64,000 nt of DNA, from contig DATGID010000062.1 in the NCBI GenBank assembly GCA_035307385.1, positions 178,406 to 242,405 on the forward strand, read 5' to 3'. Made by a program: the position numbers and the translations under genes. Shown piece after piece: positions 8,700-18,262 of the stretch. The number at the start of each line of letters is the position of its first letter. Positions within the stretch are counted from its first letter, which is position 1. The notes under the pieces were generated by a model. It saw only the letters and a list, made by a program, of their open reading frames with translations, was not told the DNA's origin and did no database searches. Origin of the DNA: Ktedonobacterales bacterium (GTDB lineage: Bacteria; Chloroflexota; Ktedonobacteria; Ktedonobacterales; DATBGS01).

Positions 8700-9503
8700 C
8701 TACTGAAGAACTGTCTCCAGCGCTGGCTCGCTCGGCTCTTCGGCTTCCCGGCGCGATGGTGGTGGTGGACCAGCCGCGCCGCCATCTTTGCGGATGCGCC
8801 AGAAGTGCACAGCCATAAAAATTGCCGCAAGCAATGGGAACGCAATCACATGGATGACATAGAAACGCAGCAGACCATTCTGCCCAACGTCCACGCCGCC
8901 GATCAACGCCGTATGCGCCTGCGTGCCGATGAAGGGCGCGTAGTTTGCCAGGTTCGTGCCGACGGTCACAGCCCAGTACGAAATCTGATCCCAGGGGAGC
9001 AGATAGCCGGAAAAGCTGAGGAAGAGGGTCAAAAAGAACAGGGTCACGCCCACCACCCAGTTGAACTCGCGCGGCGGCTTATACGCGCCGTGATAGAACA
9101 CGCGAATCATATGCAGGGTCACGGTAATCACCATCAGGTGGGCAGCCCAACGGTGCATATTGCGCACAAACGCGCCAAAATTCACGATGGTATTGATGTT
9201 CTGGATGTCTTTGTAAGCATCGGTCGTCGAGGGCACATAATAGAACATCAAAAAGACGCCGGTGATCGTCAGCACCAGGAAGAGGAAGAAGGACAGCCCG
9301 CCCAGACACCAGGTATAGGTGACGCGCATCGCCTGGCGGCTCACCTTGACCGGATGTAAGTGCAGAAAGACATTCCCCATCATCACCAGGGACTGATTCA
9401 GCGGCGTATCGGGATAGCCATGACGGAAGACAGACCGCCAGAGTTGGCTCTCAAAAACTTTTGTTGAGATTGTATCCAGCAAACTGCGATTTGTCGCGCT
9501 CAC
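8700..9503 (-). CDS. petB: cytochrome b6-like subunit (the N-terminal 4-helix half of a split cytochrome b)
   Basis: HRWAAHLMVITVTLH gives two His ligands 14 residues apart, as in the cytochrome b6 B helix. A second His pair lies in the D helix. LLPWDQISYWA is also typical. Confidence 0.85.
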   Translation of the reverse strand: MSATNRSLLDTISTKVFESQLWRSVFRHGYPDTPLNQSLVMMGNVFLHLHPVKVSRQAMRVTYTWCLGGLSFFLFLVLTITGVFLMFYYVPSTTDAYKDIQNINTIVNFGAFVRNMHRWAAHLMVITVTLHMIRVFYHGAYKPPREFNWVVGVTLFFLTLFLSFSGYLLPWDQISYWAVTVGTNLANYAPFIGTQAHTALIGGVDVGQNGLLRFYVIHVIAFPLLAAIFMAVHFWRIRKDGGAAGPPPPSRREAEEPSEPALETVLQ

Positions 9504-9761
9504 GATGCCTCCTTAGATACAGAGTCCTGGGCTGTCCCAGACCACCACGCAAAGACTGTGCCGTATGCCGCGCTGGACGCCCAGATGAAGGCCAGGCTCT
9601 TGTAGTGTGCCTATTATATCAAACCGCCAGATGGCGATGCAACGCAGGGGGACTTCTGGCAGGTGCCGCGCCCTTCATCCAGGCAGGCAGAAAGGCAGAA
9701 GCGCTGGTGCGCCAGTTACTCCCTCTTGGGAAGAGTGTACCCAACCCACGCGCCTGAACCA

Positions 9762-9802
9762 TCAGGTATGCACCTGATTTTTCTCTTCAGGTATATACCT
9801 GA
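9762..9802. promoter_or_regulatory. two tandem 16-bp palindromes, TCAGGTATGCACCTGA and TCAGGTATATACCTGA. These are 7-2-7 inverted TACCTGA heptamers, candidate NarL/LuxR-family response-regulator binding sites
   Basis: The second site is a perfect 16-bp palindrome. The first has one mismatch per half-site. Spacing is 25 bp centre to centre. They sit in the divergent intergenic region between the bc-complex operon and the HK/RR operon, about 45-85 bp upstream of the -35 element of the strong promoter. Confidence 0.45.
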
Positions 9803-9843
9803 GGCACAGCCATCCAGCGCTCGCAGCAGGCATACACCATTAT

Positions 9844-9872
9844 TTGACATCGTGCTTCCCAGAAGATACAAT
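9844..9872 (+). promoter_or_regulatory. near-consensus sigma70 promoter (TTGACA - 17 nt - TACAAT) driving the HK/RR operon
   Basis: Perfect -35 TTGACA at 9844-9849, a 17-nt spacer, and TACAAT at 9867-9872. The HK start codon is at 9963. Confidence 0.5.
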
Positions 9873-9962
9873 GCCAAGTAGCAAGCGATGCCAATGCTGC
9901 TTTCTTACGGGCCTCAACCATAGTTCAAGCAGCGGGCACTACCCGCCGGAAATGCGATCAGC

Positions 9963-11126
9963 ATGCAAGTAAGCAAACGGCTTCCTTTCCAAAACCAATC
10001 ACCTTCTGAAACCAGGCCCCAAAATCGTCGGAGCCTGCTGGCGCTGCCTGTCATGCTCAAGGTGCTGCTTGCCAACAGCGTCGTCATCCTGGTTGGCGCG
10101 TCGCTTGGCACCTATCTGGCGACACGCATCTATCAACCCAATGGCGCGGCATTTTTGATCGGCTTTGTGACTGCTGGCTGGCTGGTGAGCGTGCTCATCA
10201 ACTTTATCTTGCTCAAGATCGCCTTTCACCCGCTCACCCAACTGCGCGAAACCATGAAACGCATCCAGGCGGGCAGCACAGGGCTGCGCGCCCCGCTGAC
10301 GGGACAAGACCCCGAAGCCGACCAGCTTGCCGAAGCGTTCAACACCATGCTGGAGACGCTGGCGGATGCGGCGCGCACCCGCGCCACGCAGATTTTGACG
10401 GCCCAGGAGCAGGAGCGCAAACGCATTGCTCGCGAACTGCACGACGAGACCAGCCAGGTGCTTACCTCGCTGCTCATCAGTCTGAAGGTATTGGAAGAAG
10501 CGCTCGTCAGTGAAGAAGCGCGCCAGCGTGTGGAAGAAACGCGCTCGCTGGTGCATCAGACGTTGCGAGCCATCCGCGACCTGAGCATCGATCTGCGCCC
10601 CAGCGCGCTCGACGATCTGGGGCTGCTTCCGGCGCTGCGCTGGTATATCAAAGAGTATCAGCAAAAATGCAAAGTTGAGGTGGAGTTTAGCGCTCCCAAT
10701 TTCAAGGAGCGCCTGTCATCCGAGCTTGAGACAGCCCTCTACCGCATCGTGCAGGAGGCGCTGACCAACACCGCCAAATATGCCAAGGCCACGAAAGTGC
10801 GCATCAGCGTAGTCGAGGATGATGCCAGCGTCACCGCCAGCATCAGCGATAACGGCCAGGGATTTGACGCGCAAACCATCTTGAAATTGCCCTGGCAAGA
10901 GCGCGGGCTGGGTCTGGCGGGCATGCACGAACGCGCGGCGCTGCTGGATGGGTCGCTCACCATCACCACCGAGCCGGGTCGAGGGACCACTATCGAGGCG
11001 CAGCTTCCGCTGCGCAAGCGATTAGCTCAGGGGGCTGAAGCCGAACCAGCGCCCCTTCCGCAGCCCACCGCGCGCGCTGTCACCGCGCCGATACAGATGA
11101 ACCAGGAGCCTGAAACCAGGCTCTGA
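9963..11126 (+). CDS. sensor histidine kinase, NarX/LiaS-type (two TM helices with almost no extracytoplasmic loop, HAMP, HisKA_3, HATPase_c)
   Basis: The H-box ARELHDETSQ marks a HisKA_3 domain. N, G1 and G2 boxes are present in the C-terminal ATPase domain. The protein lacks a periplasmic sensor domain. Confidence 0.8.
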   Translation: MQVSKRLPFQNQSPSETRPQNRRSLLALPVMLKVLLANSVVILVGASLGTYLATRIYQPNGAAFLIGFVTAGWLVSVLINFILLKIAFHPLTQLRETMKRIQAGSTGLRAPLTGQDPEADQLAEAFNTMLETLADAARTRATQILTAQEQERKRIARELHDETSQVLTSLLISLKVLEEALVSEEARQRVEETRSLVHQTLRAIRDLSIDLRPSALDDLGLLPALRWYIKEYQQKCKVEVEFSAPNFKERLSSELETALYRIVQEALTNTAKYAKATKVRISVVEDDASVTASISDNGQGFDAQTILKLPWQERGLGLAGMHERAALLDGSLTITTEPGRGTTIEAQLPLRKRLAQGAEAEPAPLPQPTARAVTAPIQMNQEPETRL

Positions 11127-11142
11127 GCCGTGAGGGCCATCG

Positions 11143-11850
11143 ATGACCATGCTACCAGAAAAAGAAGCCACCTTCAAACGAGATGTCAGCCGGGAAGCAG
11201 AAACCAAGATTCGGGTGCTGCTGGTGGATGACCATACGATTTTGCGCCAGGGGCTGAAAAAATTGCTGGACCAGCCCGATATAGAGGTCGTGGGCGAAGC
11301 CAGCGACGGCCACCAGGCCATCGCTGAGGCCAATCGTCTGCTGCCCGATGTCATTCTGATGGATATTACCATGCCCGATATGAACGGCATCGAGGCCACG
11401 CGCCAGGTGCGCCGCCAGCGGCCCGATATGCGCGTGCTGGTGCTGACTATGCACGAAAATGAGGAGTATCTGTTTCAAGTCCTGCGCGCGGGGGCTTCGG
11501 GCTATATCCTCAAGGAAGCCGCCGATACCGAACTCATTACCGCGATTCGCGCCGTGCAATCGGGGCGGTTTTATCTGTCACCTTCAGCGCAAAGTATGAT
11601 GGTGGGGGATTATTTACAGCGCGTGCGCACGGGGGAAGAAAAAGACAGCTACAGCGGGCTGACCGAACGCGAGCGGGAAATCCTCAAACTGGTGGCCGAG
11701 GGCCTGACCAACAACCAGATCGCCGAGCGGCTGTTTATCAGCCCTAAAACGGTGGATACGCACCGCACCCATATCATGGATAAGCTCAACCTCCACAGCC
11801 GCGCCGAACTGGTCAAGTTTGCGATGCGGCGCGGGCTGCTGGAGGAGTAA
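11143..11850 (+). CDS. NarL/FixJ-family response regulator (REC + LuxR-type HTH)
   Basis: The receiver domain carries IRVLLVDDH and the phospho-acceptor Asp within VILMDITMPDMNG. The C-terminal LuxR HTH carries LTEREREILKLVAEGLTNNQIAERLFISPKTVDTHR. Confidence 0.85.
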   Translation: MTMLPEKEATFKRDVSREAETKIRVLLVDDHTILRQGLKKLLDQPDIEVVGEASDGHQAIAEANRLLPDVILMDITMPDMNGIEATRQVRRQRPDMRVLVLTMHENEEYLFQVLRAGASGYILKEAADTELITAIRAVQSGRFYLSPSAQSMMVGDYLQRVRTGEEKDSYSGLTEREREILKLVAEGLTNNQIAERLFISPKTVDTHRTHIMDKLNLHSRAELVKFAMRRGLLEE

Positions 11851-11866
11851 AAAGGCGCGCGGCTTG

Positions 11867-12259
11867 CTAATGCTTCCCGTTCCCGTTTTCTTCGTCTTCT
11901 ATCTCCAACTCGAAATCATCCTCATCCTCGTCTTCGTCCTCGTCGAAATAGTCGTCGCTGTAGAACCCGACATCCTTGCCAACATAGACGCTGACCAGGA
12001 AATCTTCGCGGGACATGTCCGCCGACCAGACCAAGTCTTCATCAATCTGCTCGATCAGCTTGGCAATCTCGGACTCTTCTAACTCATGCTCCAGAATCAG
12101 CGTCCCGTGGACGGTCGTGGTCGTGAAGTGAATATCCACCGAACCTACCCGGCTGTTCCCCTGCATAATCGCGTAGCTCTCCGAATAGGGGGTGCGGAAC
12201 TGCCGGTCAAAGCGAATGTCATCCATCGTCGTGGCACGCGACCCAACCCACACCGGCAA
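11867..12259 (-). CDS. hypothetical protein with a highly acidic C-terminal tail (DEDEDEDDFELEIEDEE)
   Basis: 130-aa ORF convergent with the RR gene. I recognise no family. Confidence 0.45.
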   Translation of the reverse strand: MPVWVGSRATTMDDIRFDRQFRTPYSESYAIMQGNSRVGSVDIHFTTTTVHGTLILEHELEESEIAKLIEQIDEDLVWSADMSREDFLVSVYVGKDVGFYSDDYFDEDEDEDEDDFELEIEDEENGNGKH

Positions 12260-12545
12260 GGCCGCGCTTCTCCTTCCTTTCTCTTCAGCATATACTTTCA
12301 GGGCGTTCTCACGTCATGCTGTTTGTCTGTGTTCCTTTGCTTCCGGCAGGCCATCTCCATCAGTCAACGCAGAGCGCAAGATCGAGCGTATTATATCACG
12401 GGCAGGCCAGGCAGGCTATAGAGCCATCGCGTCTGAAAACAACCATGATGCTTGACACACCCTGGTCCAATGAGCCATTACTGTTCAAAAGCGCGCATGG
12501 CATCTGGTCATCTGCGCGCTGTCTCCGAACCAAGGGAGGCCACTG

Positions 12546-13700
12546 ATGAGCAACGCGCTCCGCATCCTGGCCGTTGATGTCGGCACCGGCACACAAGACA
12601 TTCTGCTCTTTGAAAGCGATAAGACCATCGAAAACTGCTTCCAGCTTATCATGCCCTCGCCTACCGTCATCATGGCTGACCGCATCAAACGCGCCAGCGC
12701 CGAGGGCCGCGCGCTCGTCCTCACAGGGCGCACCATGGGCGGCGGCCCGTGTGGCTGGGCGGCGCGCGACCACGCGCTGGCGGGCTTTCCCGTGTTCGCC
12801 ACCGCTGACGCTGCGCGCACCTTCGACGATGACCTTGCCATGGTCGAAAAGATGGGCGTCAAGATTGTCAATGAGCCAACAGCAGCTTCCCTGGCAGAGC
12901 GCCCGGCGAGCGTGCATCTGGACCTGAAAGATTTCGACGCCGCTGCCATCGTCGCCGCGCTGCGCGTGTTTGATGTCGACCCTGCCGTCGATGCGCTGGC
13001 GGTGGCCGTCTTCGATCACGGCGCGGCTCCCCCAGGCGTGAGTGATCGCCTCTTTCGCTTCAACTACATTGCCGAAACTGTCCAGCGCCGTCCTCTGCCC
13101 GCGGCCTTCGCCTATCAGCGCGAAACGCTCCCCCCCGATCTGACCCGCCTTCAGGCTGTCGCGCAGAGCGCGGCAGCGTATCAGCGCTACGCGAACGCAT
13201 CGGATGAGGCAGCACAGCAGCCACTGCCGCTGCTGCTGATGGATACCGGCTCGGCGGCAGTACTGGGAACGCTGGATGACCCGAACGTAGAGCGCGAGCA
13301 AGAATCCGTGCTGGTCAACATTGGCAACTTCCACACGCTGGCGTTTCATCTGCTGGATGGGCAGATTGCTGGCCTGTTTGAGCATCATACCGGCGAGCTG
13401 ACGCAGGCCAGGCTTGAAGAGCTGCTGCGCAAGCTCGCGGCTGGCACGCTCACCAACAGCGAAGTCTTCGACGACAGCGGGCATGGCGCGCTCGTGCTGG
13501 GCAACCACCACAGCAGCGCTTTTCCCTTTCTGGCCGTGACCGGCCCCCGGCGCGAGATGCTGCGCGGGTCAGCGCTGCGCCCCTATGAAGCGGTGCCGCA
13601 CGGCGCGATGATGCTGGCTGGCTGTTTTGGCCTGCTGCGTGCGTTTGCCGACCAGCGTCCCGATCTTGCGGCACGCATCAACGCCGCGCTCAATAATTGA
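12546..13700 (+). CDS. ASKHA-superfamily (actin-like ATPase fold) protein, DUF1786-like
   Basis: The N-terminal ILAVDVGTGTQDILLF is a phosphate-1 motif of sugar-kinase/Hsp70/actin-fold proteins. 384 aa. The overall resemblance to the DUF1786 family is judged from memory. Confidence 0.55.
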   Translation: MSNALRILAVDVGTGTQDILLFESDKTIENCFQLIMPSPTVIMADRIKRASAEGRALVLTGRTMGGGPCGWAARDHALAGFPVFATADAARTFDDDLAMVEKMGVKIVNEPTAASLAERPASVHLDLKDFDAAAIVAALRVFDVDPAVDALAVAVFDHGAAPPGVSDRLFRFNYIAETVQRRPLPAAFAYQRETLPPDLTRLQAVAQSAAAYQRYANASDEAAQQPLPLLLMDTGSAAVLGTLDDPNVEREQESVLVNIGNFHTLAFHLLDGQIAGLFEHHTGELTQARLEELLRKLAAGTLTNSEVFDDSGHGALVLGNHHSSAFPFLAVTGPRREMLRGSALRPYEAVPHGAMMLAGCFGLLRAFADQRPDLAARINAALNN

Positions 13701-13768
13701 AGCCTGGGCAGCTTCTGCGCTGTGATAGGAAAGGAGTTCCATCACAGGCAGAAGCCGCCCAGGCTTCA
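13699..13768. terminator. imperfect 20-bp-stem hairpin downstream of the ASKHA gene (terminator-like)
   Basis: The arms GAAGCCTGGGCAGCTTCTGC and GCAGAAGCCGCCCAGGCTTC have one mismatch between them. The loop is about 28 nt. Confidence 0.35.
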
Positions 13769-13815
13769 TCTCTCCAGGTACAACCAGGAGACCGACTCAG
13801 GTCAGGCAGCCAGAA

Positions 13816-14007
13816 TCAGGACATCACCACACGACGCCGACTGGCAGCCCCTCCCTTGCGACCAGCAGCGCGCGCTTCATCGCTGGTCCACTCATGGGCA
13901 GTGCCCTGCACATGAGCAGCCCGACCGCCCTTGCTGGCGATCTCGCGCTGTTTATCGGGGTCCATCGAAGCGAACCCTCGTCCCCGGCCTTTCCGTTCCG
14001 TCACCAT
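13816..14007 (-). CDS. KGG-repeat general stress protein (YciG/Con-10-like)
   Basis: GFASMDPDKQREIASKGG and a second KGG repeat. 63 aa. It is located in an AT-richer stretch. Confidence 0.6.
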   Translation of the reverse strand: MVTERKGRGRGFASMDPDKQREIASKGGRAAHVQGTAHEWTSDEARAAGRKGGAASRRRVVMS

Positions 14008-14650
14008 TGCGACCCTCCTTTACTTGCCAAGCTAAAATATGCGCTTTCTTGGTTCCGCTGGTTGGTCCAAGCTTGGCGCGTAGAACCGCCTGTCGGCCCC
14101 CGTTCCCTCATGGCCTCCCTGCCCATCGAGGGCGCTGGCTGAATCGTTGTGATTCAGGGCGCTCACGGCTGGATACATCAGGGATCACCGCTCCGCGAAA
14201 AGCTTTAAACCCCCCATCGAGGCACGGATGACTTACAAGTTCCGTGCCACCATTTGGCCCACATAGCTGAGTCCAACAAAGGAAAAAGGTTCACCGCGGA
14301 GACTGATCACTGCTGAGAGGATAAAGGGAAACCCGACAATAATATTGTACCAAACCGCTCAGCTTTTGTCACGCCCTCTGCCCGCTGAAATGTTTCAGAT
14401 TAGTACCTTTGGGGGGTATTTTTCGGGAAAGTGTCATACTTTGGGGGTCTCAAGCGACAGACAGAGGGGTATCGGCTTTTTCCGTGCTTGACCGGCGGCA
14501 TCCTCTGAAGATAACAAAAAACGGCCACAAAGGCTGCGCAGCAGCGCGCAACGTGGCCGAGCACAAAGCCGAAAGAGGCATGCCAAAAAAGGAAATGAGA
14601 AAGCCGCGCTGATTTCCCAGACGCAGACGGAGCACGTTCACGGCACAGTC

Positions 14651-15115
14651 TTAGTGCGAGTCGTCACGCGGCTCAGCGGGTTGAGGAAGCTGAAGGCGAG
14701 CATTTTTCTCTTTAATCAATGCAATCTGGGAATGCACTGCCTGACGCGACTGCTGAAGATCGCGGGCAATGTCTGAGGGGCGCTGGCCTGCCAGCAGCAA
14801 GCGGCAGATATGCTCTTGTTTTTCGGTCAGGGAGACCTCTGGATGTTCCAGGGCCAGGCGCGCCATATCTTCCAGTTCGCCATATTTGCGGCGGCGATAC
14901 TCATCGAGATTCGTCGGGGAAAAGAGCCAGCGTCCCAAAAGCTGCGTCCCATGAATGCGCTTGGACTCCACCAGATGCATGAAGTGCCAATAACTCATGC
15001 GAAGCTGCTCCGCTGCCTCGCGGGTAGTCAGCATCCCATCCAAATGTTTCAGATCATCATGGAGTTCGTCGCTACGGAGGGCCATCCCATTCCTCCCCTT
15101 AAGAGCCTGCTTCAT
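14651..15115 (-). CDS. putative transcriptional regulator with two HTH modules (excisionase/MerR-like N-terminal HTH plus LuxR/sigma-70 region-4-like C-terminal HTH)
   Basis: TTREAAEQLRMSYWHFMHLVESKRI is HTH_17-like. LTEKQEHICRLLLAGQRPSDIARDLQQSRQAVHSQI is LuxR-like. Confidence 0.55.
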   Translation of the reverse strand: MKQALKGRNGMALRSDELHDDLKHLDGMLTTREAAEQLRMSYWHFMHLVESKRIHGTQLLGRWLFSPTNLDEYRRRKYGELEDMARLALEHPEVSLTEKQEHICRLLLAGQRPSDIARDLQQSRQAVHSQIALIKEKNARLQLPQPAEPRDDSH

Positions 15116-15229
15116 ATTTCAGCGTGTGCTTGCCTACATAAAAAACTGCCCCACACAAGCACTCTTAGCCACTGCGAGTATAGCATACCAGAAGCAAGAG
15201 CGCAAGGCGGCTGCAAGCTAGAATATGGC

Positions 15230-15841
15230 TCATTCAGCAAATGGGCAGAGATGTAAGCGCGTATACTGGGAGCCAGCGCGCGTCAATTCGCTCTTCATCA
15301 CACTCAAATGCGCAACAGGGATTTCGGGGAGCGTCTGATGGCTTTTCGGCGGCGGCTGGCCGCTGCGGTGATTATCGGATGCGGCTGGGGGAAGTATCCG
15401 TCTGAGGCTAACCAGTTCTTGCTGGCTCAGTGGGCTTTTGATGCGCGCCAGTGTCAGATGCGGGGCATATGCTCGTTCCTCGGGAGGAAAACCCTTTTGG
15501 GCTAGCCGTCCTGCCAACGTCGCTTGCAGGCCAAGCAGCGGCTGAAGGTCACCAGCCAGCCCAAGCCAGATGACACGCGGGTTTTGCGGCGGGCCAAAGA
15601 TGCCCGGCACCCCGACGCGCACGATGAAAGGGCGAACCGCCTGGGCGGTCTCCAGGGTGGCCTGGCTGGCCTGCTCAAGCTGCGCATCGTCTAACTCGCC
15701 CAAAAAGGCCAGCGTCAGATGCAGCGACTCCGGGTCCACCCAGCGCACACGCGGCAGCAGGCGCGACAGCTTCTGAACCTGTTGGTGCAGATAGCCGCGC
15801 GCCTCATCGTTCAGGTCAATTGCGATAAACGTCCGCGTCAT
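15230..15841 (-). CDS. thpR: RNA 2',3'-cyclic phosphodiesterase (2H phosphoesterase, ThpR/LigT family)
   Basis: Two H-x-T-x motifs are present: HLTLAFLG and HLTLARIK. The start was chosen at the ATG preceded by AAAGG (15841), not at the first in-frame ATG of the ORF (15853). Confidence 0.8.
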   Translation of the reverse strand: MTRTFIAIDLNDEARGYLHQQVQKLSRLLPRVRWVDPESLHLTLAFLGELDDAQLEQASQATLETAQAVRPFIVRVGVPGIFGPPQNPRVIWLGLAGDLQPLLGLQATLAGRLAQKGFPPEERAYAPHLTLARIKSPLSQQELVSLRRILPPAASDNHRSGQPPPKSHQTLPEIPVAHLSVMKSELTRAGSQYTRLHLCPFAE

Positions 15842-15849
15842 ATCGCCTT

Positions 15850-17763
15850 TCACTGCGCCAGGGCACGCAAGGTCATCGTTTCCCCATCGTCCGTTTCATC
15901 AGGCGCGGCCAGCAGCAGCCGGTCAAGCTCCTCGCCATCGATGGTTTCCACCTCGATGAGATGTTCGGAAATGACGATCAGCTTCTCCTTGCGCTCCAGC
16001 AAAATATCTTTGGCGGTTTGATACGCCTGATCGGCCAGGAAGCGAATCTCGGCATCCACTTCTGCCGCCGTCTGAGGGCTGAGCGCGCCGCCCTCCTCTG
16101 GCGATTTCAGTTGAATCTGCCCCAGCGGACTCATGCCAAACTCACACACCATACGGCGGGCAATGCTGGTCACGCGCTCGATGTCGTTGGCGGCTCCGGT
16201 GGTGATGTCGCCAAAGATGATCTCTTCGGCGGCGCGGCCACCCATCAGCCCAGCCATCTTTGCCAGCAATTCCGAGCGCCGCAGCAGATAGCGGTCTTCG
16301 GCTGGCGCAGAAACGGTAATACCCAGCGCCATGCCTCGCGCAATCGCCGAAACCTTTTGCACCGGGTCAGAGCCAGGTAACGAGCGCATCACAATCGCGT
16401 GGCCGACCTCGTGGTAAGCGATAATCGCCTTCTCCGATTCGGTAATGACGCGGCTCTTGCGCTCAGGGCCAGCCACCACGCGCAGAATCGATTCTTCAAG
16501 GTCAGCATAGCTAATCTCGGTGCGATCATAACGCGCGGCCAGCAGCGCCGCCTCGTTGACGAGATTGGCAAGGTCAGCGCCGGAAAATCCTGCTGTCTGG
16601 CGCGCCAGGCGCTGAAGATCGACTTCAGCCGCCAGCGGCTTGTCCTTGACATGCACATCGAGAATCTGGCGGCGGCCATGAATGTCGGGCTTTTCCAGCG
16701 TCACGGTGCGATCAAAACGTCCAGGGCGCAGCAGCGCCGGGTCCAGCACATCGGGCCGGTTGGTGGCGGCAATCACAATCACATTGGTATGTTTATCGAA
16801 CCCATCCATCTCCACCAGCAGTTGGTTGAGCGTCTGTTCGCGTTCGTCATTGCCGGTGGTGGGCATCGCGCCACGCTGGCGGCCTACGGCGTCGATTTCG
16901 TCGATGAAAATGATGCAGGGCGCGTTTTCCTTGGCGGCGTGGAAAAGATCACGCACCCGTGACGCGCCAACGCCCACAAACATTTCCACAAACTCCGAGC
17001 CGCTGACGCTGAAAAACGCCACGCCAGCCTCGCCCGCCACTGCCCGGCTAATCAGCGTTTTGCCGGTTCCCGGTGGGCCAACCAGCAAGACGCCCTTGGG
17101 GATGCGCGCGCCCATCGCGCTGAACTTTTCGGGATGCTTCAGGAAGAGCACGATTTCCTCAAGCTCTTGCTTGGCTTCGGCGACTCCGGCCACATCAGTA
17201 AAGAGCACCGAAGGGTGCGATTCGCTGAAGCGTTTGGCTTTGCTGCGCCCAAAGGGGACCGCCTGCCCGCCGCCCATCGAGGTTCGGCGCACAATCAAAA
17301 TCAAAAAGCCTACAATCAGCAGCACCACTACGACATTCAAGACGATCTGTGACCAACTGCTCAAGCTGCTAGCAGGGGGAGCCACAGTGACCGCCACGCC
17401 ATCCTTGGTCAGCCGATCAGTAACCGACTCTTGATCTTCTTTGAGTGCCTCATATTGTTTGCCGCTTTTAGTGACAACTTGAATCTCATCCCCGGTAATC
17501 GTGACCTGTTTCAGTTGGTGTTGATCGGCCATATTCAGGACTTGACTGATCGGCACGTCCTGATAACCCGTACCAGAGTGAGCAGTCGTGGCAAACCACA
17601 ACAGCAGGCCCAGGCCAACCACACACGCCACAATGATCGACACGGCTACAGGAACCGAGACAGGCAATGGGCGTTTAGGGCCGGGGCCAGATGGTTCGGG
17701 AGATTTATGCGAACGGGGGGCGTGCTGCGCACGCTTTTTAAACATACTGAGAAACCTGTTCAT
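15850..17763 (-). CDS. ftsH: ATP-dependent zinc metalloprotease FtsH
   Basis: N-terminal TM helices. AAA+ Walker [10 protein letters not shown] second region of homology is present. The HEVGHAIV zinc-binding motif is present. 637 aa. Confidence 0.95.
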   Translation of the reverse strand: MNRFLSMFKKRAQHAPRSHKSPEPSGPGPKRPLPVSVPVAVSIIVACVVGLGLLLWFATTAHSGTGYQDVPISQVLNMADQHQLKQVTITGDEIQVVTKSGKQYEALKEDQESVTDRLTKDGVAVTVAPPASSLSSWSQIVLNVVVVLLIVGFLILIVRRTSMGGGQAVPFGRSKAKRFSESHPSVLFTDVAGVAEAKQELEEIVLFLKHPEKFSAMGARIPKGVLLVGPPGTGKTLISRAVAGEAGVAFFSVSGSEFVEMFVGVGASRVRDLFHAAKENAPCIIFIDEIDAVGRQRGAMPTTGNDEREQTLNQLLVEMDGFDKHTNVIVIAATNRPDVLDPALLRPGRFDRTVTLEKPDIHGRRQILDVHVKDKPLAAEVDLQRLARQTAGFSGADLANLVNEAALLAARYDRTEISYADLEESILRVVAGPERKSRVITESEKAIIAYHEVGHAIVMRSLPGSDPVQKVSAIARGMALGITVSAPAEDRYLLRRSELLAKMAGLMGGRAAEEIIFGDITTGAANDIERVTSIARRMVCEFGMSPLGQIQLKSPEEGGALSPQTAAEVDAEIRFLADQAYQTAKDILLERKEKLIVISEHLIEVETIDGEELDRLLLAAPDETDDGETMTLRALAQ

Positions 17764-18262
17764 GCGCTTGCAAGGTCCTTCCTCAACCCCGCAACCACCT
17801 TCTGGCTCGAAAAGAGCAGTGGGGAAACCGCGAGTTGGATGGCAGGAAACGTGTGAGAAAGCTAGAGGAGACGCATTACCGCAACTGTTCCGGCCCTTTG
17901 AACGGGGGAGGATAAACTCCGGGGCCTATTATAACTCCTACAAAACGGCTGCGTCTACCCCTTCCGGCGCGCATTGCCAGAGAGGCATTGCTATCATCCA
18001 ATCTGAAACGCCAGCCCCGCGATTTCCTGCATGCTTAAGGCTTTGCCGAGAAGATTAGGAAAGAAGTACCTGAGTTTCACACAGCATCTTGTATAAGCGC
18101 ACGAAAGCTGGCACAGAGTTTGCTAAGAGATATCAGGGTATGTTTGCTCCTATCGCTCTTGCATTTTTGTATGACATTTATGCTATCATCTTATAAGGAA
18201 GCAACTGGATTTGTAGCACGTGAAGGGGAAAAGGCCCTTTAGGATGGTGAGAGGAGACCCCA

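Noticed and set aside
12396-13511. 371-aa ORF on the minus strand entirely overlapping the ASKHA gene
   Set aside because: It is fully antisense to a better-supported gene. It has no recognisable domains and an Ala/Arg/Gly-rich composition typical of spurious ORFs in high-GC DNA.
14388-15054. 13-mer AAATGTTTCAGAT occurring twice (14388 and 15042), the first as part of a small palindrome
   Set aside because: Several exact 13-mer repeats are expected by chance in 64 kb. The second copy lies inside a coding region. There is no supporting structure.
18067-18073. Isolated TACCTGA heptamer upstream of the GAF histidine kinase
   Set aside because: It is a single heptamer without the inverted partner. 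About 8 chance occurrences of a 7-mer are expected in this window.
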